Position numbers and translations under genes: made by a program
Assembly: GCA_964057225.1 (NCBI GenBank)
Contig: OZ059899.1
Location: 20,646,001 to 20,710,000, forward strand
DNA length: 64,000 nt
Direction of reading: 5' to 3'
Source of the DNA: Auanema rhodensis
Taxonomy: Eukaryota > Animalia > Nematoda
Notes under the pieces: generated by a model
What the model was told of the DNA's origin: nothing
Seen by the model: only the letters and a program-made list of their open reading frames with translations
Databases searched by the model: none
Part shown: one piece after another, positions 1-12,985 of the stretch
Layout of the letters: each line of letters opens with the position of its first letter
How positions within the stretch are numbered: position 1 is the stretch's first letter

Positions 1-3000
1 AACTCAAATCTGATAACACAGATCGACGCAGCTTAGAAATCCGCATCGAATGCACTATACAACATTGAGAAACGCTTGATACAAAAATTAGTTATGATCG
101 TTTGAAAAATGATGCATTAGTGTATGTTGAGTTTCCATGTACACTCAACATTGCTTCCAAAAACATTTTGACAAAAATTTTTCCGAAAAATTTCAAAATA
201 ATTTCGCGAAAAGTAGATGTTTTCAGATTCCTTTTTTCAAGGCAAAGACGATGGACAATGTTATTCAACGAAAAAATTAATTCTGCAGGGTGAAAATCGA
301 GGATATAAGTGTGAACTTATATCAGTTGATATCTCGGTGCATTTTTAAGCTAGCGCAAATCTGATAACACAGATCGACGCCGCTTAAAAATCCGCATCGA
401 ATGCACTATACTACATTGAGAAACGCTTGATACAAAAATTAGTTATGATCGTTTGAAAAAAGATGCATTAGTGTATGTTGAGTTTCCATGTACACTCAAC
501 ATTGCTTCCAAAAACATTTTGACAAAAATTTTTCCAAAAAATTTCAAAATAATTTCGCAAAAAGTAAATGTTTTTAGATTCCTTTCTCCAAGGCAAAGAC
601 GATGGACAATGTTATTCAACGAAAAAATTAATTCTGCAGGGTGAAAATCGAGGATATAATGGTGAACTTATATCAGTTGATATCTCGGTGCATTTTTAAG
701 CTAGCGCAAATCTGATAACACAGATCGACGCAGCTTAAAAATCCGCATCGAATGCACTATACTACATTGAAAAACGGTTGATACAAAAATTAGGTATGAT
801 CGTTTGAAAAAAGATGCATTAGTGTATGTTGAGTTTCCATGTACACTCAACATTGCTTCCAAAAACATTTTTACAAAAATTTTTCCGAAAAATTTCAAAA
901 TAATTTCGCAAAAAGTAGATGTTTTTAGATTCCTTTTTTCAAGGCAAAGACGATGGACAATGTTATTCAACGAAAAAATTATTTCTGCAGGGTGAAAATC
1001 GAGGATATAAGTGTGAACTTATATCAGTTGATATCTCGGTGCATTTTTAAGCTAGCGCAAATCTGATAACACAGATCGACGCAGCTTAAAAATCCGCATC
1101 GAATGCACTATACTACATTGAAAAACGGTTGATACAAAAATTAGGTATGATCGTTTGAAAAAAGATGCATTAGTGTATGTTGAGTTTCCATGTACACTCA
1201 ACATTGCTTCCAAAAACATTTTTACAAAAATTTTTCCGAAAAATTTTGAAATAATTTCGCAAAAAGTAGATGTTTTTAGATTCTTTTTTTCAAGGCAAAG
1301 ACGATGGACATTGTTATTCAACGAAAAAATTGATTCTGCAGGGTGAAAATCGAGGATATAAGTGTGAACTTATATCAGTTGATATCTCGGTGCATTTTTA
1401 AGCTAACTCAAATCTGATAACACAGATCGACGCAGCTTAAAAATCCGCATCGAATGCACTATACTACATTGAGAAACGCTTAATACAAAAATTAGTTATG
1501 ATCGTTTAAAAAAGATGCATTAGTGTATGTTGAGTTTCCATGTACACTCAACATTGCTTCCAAAAACATTTTTACAAAAATTTTTCCAAAAAATTTCAAA
1601 ATAATTTCGCAAAAAGTAAATGTTTTTAGATTCCTTTCTCCAAGGCAAAGACGATGGACAATGTTATTCAACGAAAAAATTAATTCTGCAGGGTGAAAAT
1701 CGAGGATATAATGGTGAACTTATATCAGTTGATATCTCGGTGCATTTTTAAGCTAGCGCAAATCTGATAACACAGATCGACGCAGCTTAAAAATCCGCAT
1801 CGAATGCACTATACTACATTAAAAAACGGTTGATACAAAAATTAGGTATGATCGTTTGAAAAAAGATGCATTAGTGTATGTTGAGTTTCCATGTACACTC
1901 AACATTGCTTCCAAAAACATTTTTACAAAAATTTTTCCGAAAAATTTTGAAATAATTTCGCAAAAAGTAAATGTTTTTAGATTCCTTTCTCCAAGGCAAA
2001 GACGATGGACAATGTTATTCAACGAAAAAATTAATTCTGCAGGGTGAAAATCGAGGATATAATGGTGAACTTATATCAGTTGATATCTCGGTGCATTTTT
2101 AAGCTAGCGCAAATCTGATAACACAGATCGACGCAGCTTAAAAATCCGCATCGAATGCACTATACTACATTGAAAAACGGTTGATACAAAAATTAGGTAT
2201 GATCGTTTGAAAAAAGATGCATTAGTGTATGTTGAGTTTCCATGTACACTCAACATTGCTTCCAAAAACATTTTTACAAAAATTTTTCCGAAAAATTTTG
2301 AAATAATTTCGCAAAAAGTAAATGTTTTTAGATTCCTTTCTCCAAGGCAAAGACGATGGACAATGTTATTCAACGAAAAAATTAATTCTGCAGGGTGAAA
2401 ATCGAGGATATAATGGTGAACTTATATCAGTTGATATCTCGGTGCATTTTTAAGCTAGCGCAAATCTGATAACACAGATCGACGCAGCTTAAAAATCCGC
2501 ATCGAATGCACTATACTACATTGAAAAACGGTTGATACAAAAATTAGGTATGATCGTTTGAAAAAAGATGCATTAGTGTATGTTGAGTTTCCATGTACAC
2601 TCAACATTGCTTCCAAAAACATTTTTACAAAAATTTTTCCGAAAAATTTTGAAATAATTTCGCAAAAAGTAGATGTTTTTAGATTCTTTTTTTCAAGGCA
2701 AAGACGATGGACATTGTTATTCAACGAAAAAATTGATTCTGCAGGGTGAAAATCGAGGATATAAGTGTGAACTTATATCAGTTGATATCTCGGTGCATTT
2801 TTAAGCTAACTCAAATCTGATAACACAGATCGACGCAGCTTAAAAATCCGCATCGAATGCACTATACTACATTGAGAAACGCTTAATACAAAAATTAGTT
2901 ATGATCGTTTGAAAAAAGATGCATTAGTGTATGTTGAGTTTCCATGTACACTCAACATTGCTTCCAAAAACATTTTTACAAAAATTTTTCCGAAAAATTT

Positions 3001-3860
3001 CGAAATAATTTCGCAAAAAGTAGATGTTTTTAGATTCCTTTTTTCAAGGCAAAGACGATGGACATTGTTATTCAACGAAAAAATTGATTCTGCAGGGTGA
3101 AAGTCGAGGATATAAGTGTGAACTTATATCAGTTGATATCTCGGTGCATTTTTAAGCTAACTCAAATCTGATAACACAGATCGACGCAGCTTAAAAATCC
3201 GCATCGAATGCACTATACTACATTGAGAAACGCTTGATACAAAAATTAGGTATGATCGTTTGAAAAAAGATGCATTAGTGTATGTTGAGTTTCCATGTAC
3301 ACTCAACATTACTTCCAAAAACATTTTTACAAAAATTTTTCCGAAAAATTTCAAAATAATTTCGCGAAAAGTAGATGTTTTCAGATTCCTTTTTTCAAGG
3401 CAAAGACGATGGACAATGTTATTCAACGAAAAAATTGATTCTGCAGGGTGAAAATCGAGGATATAAGTGTGAACTTATATCAGTTGATATCTCGGTGCAT
3501 TTTTAAGCTAGCGCAAATCTGATAACACAGATCGACGCAGCTTAAAAATCCGCATCGAATGCACTATACAACATTGAGAAACGCTTGATACAAAAATTAG
3601 TTATGATCGTTTGAAAAATGATGCATTAGTGTATGTTGAGTTTCCATGTACACTCAACATTGCTTCCAAAAACATTTTGACAAAAATTTTTCCGAAAAAT
3701 TTCAAAATAATTTCGCGAAAAGTAGATGTTTTCAGATTCCTGTTTTCAAGGCAAAGACGATGGACAATGTTATTCAACGAAAAAATTAATTCTGCAGGGT
3801 GAAAATCGAGGATATAAGTGTGAACTTATATCAGTTGATATCTCGGTGCATTTTTAAGCT

Positions 3861-6800
3861 AGCGCAAATCTGATAACACAGATCGACGCAGCTTAAAAAT
3901 CCGCATCGAATGCACTATACAACATTGAGAAACGCTTGATACAAAAATTAGTTATGATCGTTTGAAAAATGATGCATTAGTGTATGTTGAGTTTCCATGT
4001 ACACTCAACATTGCTTCCAAAAACATTTTGACAAAAATTTTTCCGAAAAATTTCAGAATAATTTCGCGAAAAGTAGATGTTTTTAGATTCCTTTTTTCAA
4101 GGCAAAGACGATGGACAATGTTATTCAACGAAAAAATTAATTCTGCAGGGTGAAAATCGAGGATATAAGTGTGAACTTATATCAGTTGATATCTCGGTGC
4201 ATTTTTAAGCTAGCGCAAATCTGATAACACAGATCGACGCAGCTTAAAAATCCGCATCGAATGCACTATACTACATTGAGAAACGCTTGATACAAAAATT
4301 AGTTATGATCGTTTGAAAAAAGATGCATTAGTGTATGTTGAGTTTCCATGTACACTCAACATTGCTTCCAAAAACATTTTTACAAAAATTTTTCCGAAAA
4401 ATTTCAAAATAATTTCGCAAAAAGTAGATGTTTTTAGATTCCTTTTCTCAAGGCAAAGACGATGGACATTGTTATTCAACGAAAAAATTGATTCTGCAGG
4501 GTGAAAATCGAGGATATAAGTGTGAACTTATATCAGTTGATATCTCGGTGCATTTTTAAGCTAGCGCAAATCTGATAACACAGATCGACGCAGCTTAAAA
4601 ATCCGCATCGAATGCACTATACTACATTGAGAAACGCTTGATACAAAAATTAGTTATGATCGTTTGAAAAAAGATGCATTAGTGTATGTTGAGTTTCCAT
4701 GTACACTCAACATTGCTTCCAAAAACATTTTTACAAAAATTTTTCCGAAAAATTTCAAAATAATTTCGCAAAAAGTAGATGTTTTTAGATTCCTTTTTTC
4801 AAGGCAAAGACGATGGACATTGTTATTCAACGAAAAAATTGATTCTGCAGGGTGAAAATCGAGGATATAAGTGTGAACTTATATCAGTTGATATCTCGGT
4901 GCATTTTTAAGCTAACTCAAATCTGATAACACAGATCGACGCAGCTTAAAAATCCGCATCGAATGCACTATACTACATTGAGAAACGCTTGATACAAAAA
5001 TTAGGTATGATCGTTTGAAAAAAGATGCATTAGTGTATGTTGAGTTTCCATGTACACTCAACATTGCTTCCAAAAACATTTTTACAAAAATTTTTCCGAA
5101 AAATTTCAAAATAATTTCGCGAAAAGTAGATGTTTTCAGATTCCTTTTTTCAAGGCAAAGACGATGGACAATGTTATTCAACGAAAAAATTGATTCTGCA
5201 GGGTGAAAATCGAGGATATAAGTGTGAACTTATATCAGTTGATATCTCGGTGCATTTTTAAGCTAGCGCAAATCTGATAACACAGATCGACGCAGCTTGA
5301 AAATCCGCATCGAATGCACTATACAACATTGAGAAACGCTTGATACAAAAATTAGTTATGATCGTTTGAAAAATGATGCATTAGTGTATGTTGAGTTTCC
5401 ATGTACACTCAACATTGCTTCCAAAAACATTTTGACAAAAATTTTTCCGAAAAATTTCAAAATAATTTCGCGAAAAGTAGATGTTTTCAGATTCCTTTTT
5501 TCAAGGCAAAGACGATGGACAATGTTATTCAACGAAAAAATTAATTCTGCAGGGTGAAAATCGAGGATATAAGTGTGAACTTATATCAGTTGATATCTCG
5601 GTGCATTTTTAAGCTAGCGCAAATCTGATAACACAGATCGACGCAGCTTAAAAATCCGCATCGAATGCACTATACAACATTGAGAAACGCTTGATACAAA
5701 AATTAGTTATGATCGTTTGAAAAATGATGCATTAGTGTATGTTGAGTTTCCATGTACACTCAACATTGCTTCCAAAAACATTTTTACAAAAATTTTTCCG
5801 AAAAATTTCGAAATAATTTCGCAAAAAGTAGATGTTTTTAGATTCCTTTTTTCAAGGCAAAGACGATGGACATTGTTATTCAACGAAAAAATTGATTCTG
5901 CAGGGTGAAAATCGAGGATATAAGTGTGAACTTATATCAGTTGATATCTCGGTGCATTTTTAAGCTAGCGCAAATCTGATAACACAGATCGACGCAGCTT
6001 AAAAATCCGCATCGAATGCACTATACAACATTGAGAAACGCTTGATACAAAAATTAGTTATGATCGTTTGAAAAATGATGCATTAGTGTATGTTGAGTTT
6101 CCATGTACACTCAACATTGCTTCCAAAAACATTTTTACAAAAATTTTTCCGAAAAATTTCGAAATAATTTCGCAAAAAGTAGATGTTTTTAGATTCCTTT
6201 TTTCAAGGCAAAGACGATGGACATTGTTATTCAACGAAAAAATTGATTCTGCAGGGTGAAAATCGAGGATATAAGTGTGAACTTATATCAGTTGATATCT
6301 CGGTGCATTTTTAAGCTAGCGCAAATCTGATACCACAGATCGACGCAGCTTAAAAATTCGCATCGAATGCACTATACAACATTGAGAAACGCTTGATACA
6401 AAAATTAGTTATGATCGTTTGAAAAATGATGCATTAGTGTATGTTGAGTTTCCATGTACACTCAACATTGCTTCCAAAAACATTTTGACAAAAATTTTTC
6501 CGAAAAATTTCAAAATAATTTCGCGAAAAGTAGATGTTTTCAGATTCCTGTTTTCAAGGCAAAGACGATGGACAATGTTATTCAACGAAAAAATTAATTC
6601 TGCAGGGTGAAAATCGAGGATATAAGTGTGAACTTATATCAGTTGATATCTCGGTGCATTTTTAAGCTAGCGCAAATCTGATAACACAGATCGACGCAGC
6701 TTAAAAATCCGCATCGAATGCACTATACAACATTGAGAAACGCTTGATACAAAAATTAGTTATGATCGTTTGAAAAATGATGCATTAGTGTATGTTGAGT

Positions 6801-9800
6801 TTCCATGTACACTCAACATTGCTTCCAAAAACATTTTTACAAAAATTTTTCCGAAAAATTTCAAAATAATTTCGCAAAAAGTAGATGTTTTTAGATTCCT
6901 TTTTTCAAGGCAAAGACGATGGACATTGTTATTCAACGAAAAAATTGATTCTGCAGGGTGAAAATCGAGGATATAAGTGTGAACTTATATCAGTTGATAT
7001 CTCGGTGCATTTTTAAGCTAACTCAAATCTGATAACACAGATCGACGCAGCTTAAAAATCCGCATCGAATGCACTATACTACATTGAGAAACGCTTGATA
7101 CAAAAATTAGGTATGATCGTTTGAAAAAAGATGCATTAGTGTATGTTGAGTTTCCATGTACACTCAACATTGCTTCCAAAAACATTTTTACAAAAATTTT
7201 TCCGAAAAATTTCAAAATAATTTCGCGAAAAGTAGATGTTTTCAGATTCCTTTTTTCAAGGCAAAGACGATGGACAATGTTATTCAACGAAAAAATTGAT
7301 TCTGCAGGGTGAAAATCGAGGATATAAGTGTGAACTTATATCAGTTGATATCTCGGTGCATTTTTAAGCTAGCGCAAATCTGATAACACAGATCGACGCA
7401 GCTTAAAAATCCGCATCGAATGCACTATACAACATTGAGAAACGCTTGATACAAAAATTAGTTATGATCGTTTGAAAAATGATGCATTAGTGTATGTTGA
7501 GTTTCCATGTACACTCAACATTGCTTCCAAAAACATTTTGACAAAAATTTTTCCGAAAAATTTCAAAATAATTTCGCGAAAAGTAGATGTTTTCAGATTC
7601 CTTTTTTCAAGGCAAAGACGATGGACAATGTTATTCAACGAAAAAATTAATTCTGCAGGGTGAAAATCGAGGATATAAGTGTGAACTTATATCAGTTGAT
7701 ATCTCGGTGCATTTTTAAGCTAGCGCAAATCTGATAACACAGATCGACGCAGCTTAAAAATCCGCATCGAATGCACTATACAACATTGAGAAACGCTTGA
7801 TACAAAAATTAGTTATGATCGTTTGAAAAATGATGCATTAGTGTATGTTGAGTTTCCATGTACACTCAACATTGCTTCCAAAAACATTTTTACAAAAATT
7901 TTTCCGAAAAATTTCGAAATAATTTCGCAAAAAGTAGATGTTTTTAGATTCCTTTTTTCAAGGCAAAGACGATGGACATTGTTATTCAACGAAAAAATTG
8001 ATTCTGCAGGGTGAAAATCGAGGATATAAGTGTGAACTTATATCAGTTGATATCTCGGTGCATTTTTAAGCTAGCGCAAATCTGATAACACAGATCGACG
8101 CAGCTTAAAAATCCGCATCGAATGCACTATACTACATTGAGAAACGCTTACTACAAAAATTAGTTATGATCGTTTGAAAAATGATGCATTAGTGTATGTT
8201 GAGTTTCCATGTACACTCAACATTGCTTCCAAAAACATTTTGACAAAAATTTTTCCGAAAAATTTCAAAATAATTTCGCAAAAAGTAGATGTTTTTAGAT
8301 TCCTTTTTTCAAGGCAAAGACGATGGACATTGTTATTCAACGAAAAAATCAATTCTGCAGGGTGAAAATCGAGGATATAAGTGTGAACTTATATCAGTTG
8401 ATATCTCGGTGCATTTTTAAGCTAGCGCAAATCTGATAACACAGATCGACGCAGCTTAAAAATCCGCATCGAATGCACTATACAACATTGAGAAACGCTT
8501 GATACAAAAATTAGTTATGATCGTTTGAAAAATGATGCATTAGTGTATGTTGAGTTTCCATGTACACTCAACATTGCTTCCAAAAACATTTTTACAAAAA
8601 TTTTTCCGAAAAATTTCGAAATAATTTCGCAAAAAGTAGATGTTTTTAGATTCCTTTTTTCAAGGCAAAGACGATGGACATTGTTATTCAACGAAAAAAT
8701 TGATTCTGCAGGGTGAAAATCGAGGATATAAGTGTGAACTTATATCAGTTGATATCTCGGTGCATTTTTAAGCTAGCGCAAATCTGATAACACAGATCGA
8801 CGCAGCTTAAAAATCCGCATCGAATGCACTATACAACATTGAGAAACGCTTGATACAAAAATTAGTTATGATCGTTTGAAAAATGATGCATTAGTGTATG
8901 TTGAGTTTCCATGTACACTCAACATTGCTTCCAAAAACATTTTGACAAAAATTTTTCCGAAAAATTTCAGAATAATTTCGCGAAAAGTAGATGTTTTTAG
9001 ATTCCTTTTTTCAAGGCAAAGACGATGGACAATGTTATTCAACGAAAAAATTAATTCTGCAGGGTGAAAATCGAGGATATAAGTGTGAACTTATATCAGT
9101 TGATATCTCGGTGCATTTTTAAGCTAGCGCAAATCTGATAACACAGATCGACGCAGCTTAAAAATCCGCATCGAATGCACTATACTACATTGAGAAACGC
9201 TTGATACAAAAATTAGTTATGATCGTTTGAAAAAAGATGCATTAGTGTATGTTGAGTTTCCATGTACACTCAACATTGCTTCCAAAAACATTTTTACAAA
9301 AATTTTTCCGAAAAATTTCAAAATAATTTCGCAAAAAGTAGATGTTTTTAGATTCCTTTTTTCAAGGCAAAGACGATGGACATTGTTATTCAACGAAAAA
9401 ATTGATTCTGCAGGGTGAAAATCGAGGATATAAGTGTGAACTTATATCAGTTGATATCTCGGTGCATTTTTAAGCTAGCGCAAATCTGATAACACAGATC
9501 GACGCAGCTTAAAAATCCGCATCGAATGCACTATACTACATTGAGAAACGCTTGATACAAAAATTAGTTATGATCGTTTGAAAAAAGATGCATTAGTGTA
9601 TGTTGAGTTTCCATGTACACTCAACATTGCTTCCAAAAACATTTTTACAAAAATTTTTCCGAAAAATTTCAAAATAATTTCGCAAAAAGTAGATGTTTTT
9701 AGATTCCTTTTTTCAAGGCAAAGACGATGGACATTGTTATTCAACGAAAAAATTGATTCTGCAGGGTGAAAATCGAGGATATAAGTGTGAACTTATATCA

Positions 9801-12800
9801 GTTGATATCTCGGTGCATTTTTAAGCTAACTCAAATCTGATAACACAGATCGACGCAGCTTAAAAATCCGCATCGAATGCACTATACTACATTGAGAAAC
9901 GCTTGATACAAAAATTAGGTATGATCGTTTGAAAAAAGATGCATTAGTGTATGTTGAGTTTCCATGTACACTCAACATTGCTTCCAAAAACATTTTTACA
10001 AAAATTTTTCCGAAAAATTTCAAAATAATTTCGCGAAAAGTAGATGTTTTCAGATTCCTTTTTTCAAGGCAAAGACGATGGACAATGTTATTCAACGAAA
10101 AAATTGATTCTGCAGGGTGAAAATCGAGGATATAAGTGTGAACTTATATCAGTTGATATCTCGGTGCATTTTTAAGCTAGCGCAAATCTGATAACACAGA
10201 TCGACGCAGCTTAAAAATCCGCATCGAATGCACTATACAACATTGAGAAACGCTTGATACAAAAATTAGTTATGATCGTTTGAAAAATGATGCATTAGTG
10301 TATGTTGAGTTTCCATGTACACTCAACATTGCTTCCAAAAACATTTTGACAAAAATTTTTCCGAAAAATTTCAGAATAATTTCGCGAAAAGTAGATGTTT
10401 TTAGATTCCTTTTTTCAAGGCAAAGACGATGGACAATGTTATTCAACGAAAAAATTAATTCTGCAGGGTGAAAATCGAGGATATAAGTGTGAACTTATAT
10501 CAGTTGATATCTCGGTGCATTTTTAAGCTAGCGCAAATCTGATAACACAGATCGACGCAGCTTAAAAATCCGCATCGAATGCACTATACTACATTGAGAA
10601 ACGCTTGATACAAAAATTAGTTATGATCGTTTGAAAAAAGATGCATTAGTGTATGTTGAGTTTCCATGTACACTCAACATTGCTTCCAAAAACATTTTTA
10701 CAAAAATTTTTCCGAAAAATTTCAAAATAATTTCGCAAAAAGTAGATGTTTTTAGATTCCTTTTTTCAAGGCAAAGACGATGGACATTGTTATTCAACGA
10801 AAAAATTGATTCTGCAGGGTGAAAATCGAGGATATAAGTGTGAACTTATATCAGTTGATATCTCGGTGCATTTTTAAGCTAGCGCAAATCTGATAACACA
10901 GATCGACGCAGCTTAAAAATCCGCATCGAATGCACTATACTACATTGAGAAACGCTTGATACAAAAATTAGTTATGATCGTTTGAAAAAAGATGCATTAG
11001 TGTATGTTGAGTTTCCATGTACACTCAACATTGCTTCCAAAAACATTTTTACAAAAATTTTTCCGAAAAATTTCAAAATAATTTCGCAAAAAGTAGATGT
11101 TTTTAGATTCCTTTTTTCAAGGCAAAGACGATGGACATTGTTATTCAACGAAAAAATTGATTCTGCAGGGTGAAAATCGAGGATATAAGTGTGAACTTAT
11201 ATCAGTTGATATCTCGGTGCATTTTTAAGCTAGCGCAAATCTGATAACACAGATCGACGCAGCTTAAAAATCCGCATCGAATGCACTATACTACATTGAG
11301 AAACGCTTGATACAAAAATTAGTTATGATCGTTTGAAAAATGATGCATTAGTGTATGTTGAGTTTATATGTACACTCAACATTGCTTCCAAAAACTTTTT
11401 GACAAAAATTTTCCCTAAAAATTTCAGAATAATTTCACAAAAAGTAGATGTTTTTAGATTTTTTTTTTAAGGCGAAGACGATGGACATTGTTATTCAACG
11501 AAGAAATTAATTCTTCAGGTTGAAAATCGAGGATATAAGTGTGAACTTATATCAGTTGATATCTCGGTGCATTTTTAAGCTAGCGCAAATCTGATAACAT
11601 AGATCGACGCAGCTTAAAAATCCGCATCGAATGCACTATACTACATTGAGAAAAGCTTGATACAAAAATTAGTTATGATCGTTTGAAAAAAGATGCATTA
11701 GTGTATGTTGAGTTTCCATGTACACTCAACATTGCTTCCAAAAACATTTTTACAAAAATTTTTCCGAAAAATTTCAAAATAATTTCGCAAAAAGTAGATG
11801 TTTTTAGATTCCTTTTTTCAAGGCAAAGACGATGGACATTGTTATTCAACGAAAAAATTGATTCTGCAGGGTGAAAATCGAGGATATAAGTGTGAACTTA
11901 TATCAGTTGATATCTCGGTGCATTTTTAAGCTAGCGCAAATCTGATAACACAGATCGACGCAGCTTAAAAATCCGCATCGAATGCACTATACTACATTGA
12001 GAAACGCTTGATACAAAAATTAGTTATGATCGTTTGAAAAAAGATGCATTAGTGTATGTTGAGTTTCCATGTACACTCAACATTGCTTCCAAAAACATTT
12101 TTACAAAAATTTTTCCGAAAAATTTCAAAATAATTTCGCAAAAAGTAGATGTTTTTAGATTCCTTTTTTCAAGGCAAAGACGATGGACATTGTTATTCAA
12201 CGAAAAAATTGATTCTGCAGGGTGAAAATCGAGGATATAAGTGTGAACTTATATCAGTTGATATCTCGGTGCATTTTTAAGCTAGCGCAAATCTGATAAC
12301 ACAGATCGACGCAGCTTAAAAATCCGCATCGAATGCACTATACTACATTGAGAAACGCTTGATACAAAAATTAGTTATGATCGTTTGAAAAAAGATGCAT
12401 TAGTGTATGTTGAGTTTCCATGTACACTCAACATTGCTTCCAAAAACATTTTTACAAAAATTTTTCCGAAAAATTTCAAAATAATTTCGCAAAAAGTAGA
12501 TGTTTTTAGATTCCTTTTTTCAAGGCAAAGACGATGGACATTGTTATTCAACGAAAAAATTGATTCTGCAGGGTGAAAATCGAGGATATAAGTGTGAACT
12601 TATATCAGTTGATATCTCGGTGCATTTTTAAGCTAACTCAAATCTGATAACACAGATCGACGCAGCTTAAAAATCCGCATCGAATGCACTATACTACATT
12701 GAGAAACGCTTGATACAAAAATTAGGTATGATCGTTTGAAAAAAGATGCATTAGTGTATGTTGAGTTTCCATGTACACTCAACATTGCTTCCAAAAACAT

Positions 12801-12985
12801 TTTTACAAAAATTTTTCCGAAAAATTTCAAAATAATTTCGCGAAAAGTAGATGTTTTCAGATTCCTTTTTTCAAGGCAAAGACGATGGACAATGTTATTC
12901 AACGAAAAAATTGATTCTGCAGGGTGAAAATCGAGGATATAAGTGTGAACTTATATCAGTTGATATCTCGGTGCATTTTTAAGCT
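3861..12985. repeat. Local higher-order repeat: 4-mer of monomer variants, copies at 3861-5264 and 8775-10178, expanded copy at 10179-12985
   Basis: The order [TTTCAGAAT monomer]-[G]-[G]-[AACTC+AGGTA+TTTTCAGA monomer] recurs. It is visible in the ORF track at 3962/4313/4664/5015, 8876/9227/9578/9929 and 10280...12736. Confidence 0.75.

Noticed and set aside
331-339. ATCTCGGTG in the monomer matches part of the tRNA-Gln 3' half, and GATCGACG is shared between the monomer and the LTR-like segment (~62217)
   Set aside because: Matches of only 8-9 nt are expected by chance, and no cloverleaf or A/B-box pair is evident.
1-351. Assignment to a named satellite or transposon family, an internal ~175-bp dimer structure, or a CENP-B box
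   Set aside because: I do not recognise the sequence with confidence, could not align the two halves of the monomer by eye, and found no TTCG-N4-A-N2-CGGG motif. A Dfam/Repbase/BLAST search is needed.
361-460. Hammerhead ribozyme / retrozyme (size and hairpin richness resemble metazoan non-LTR retrozymes and newt satellite 2)
   Set aside because: There is no CUGANGA core on either strand. CTGATAA breaks the C3-G8 pair, the minus strand gives CTGATAT, and TTGAGAA...GAAA does not put stem II in register. An Infernal/Rfam scan would be the formal test for this and other ribozyme classes.
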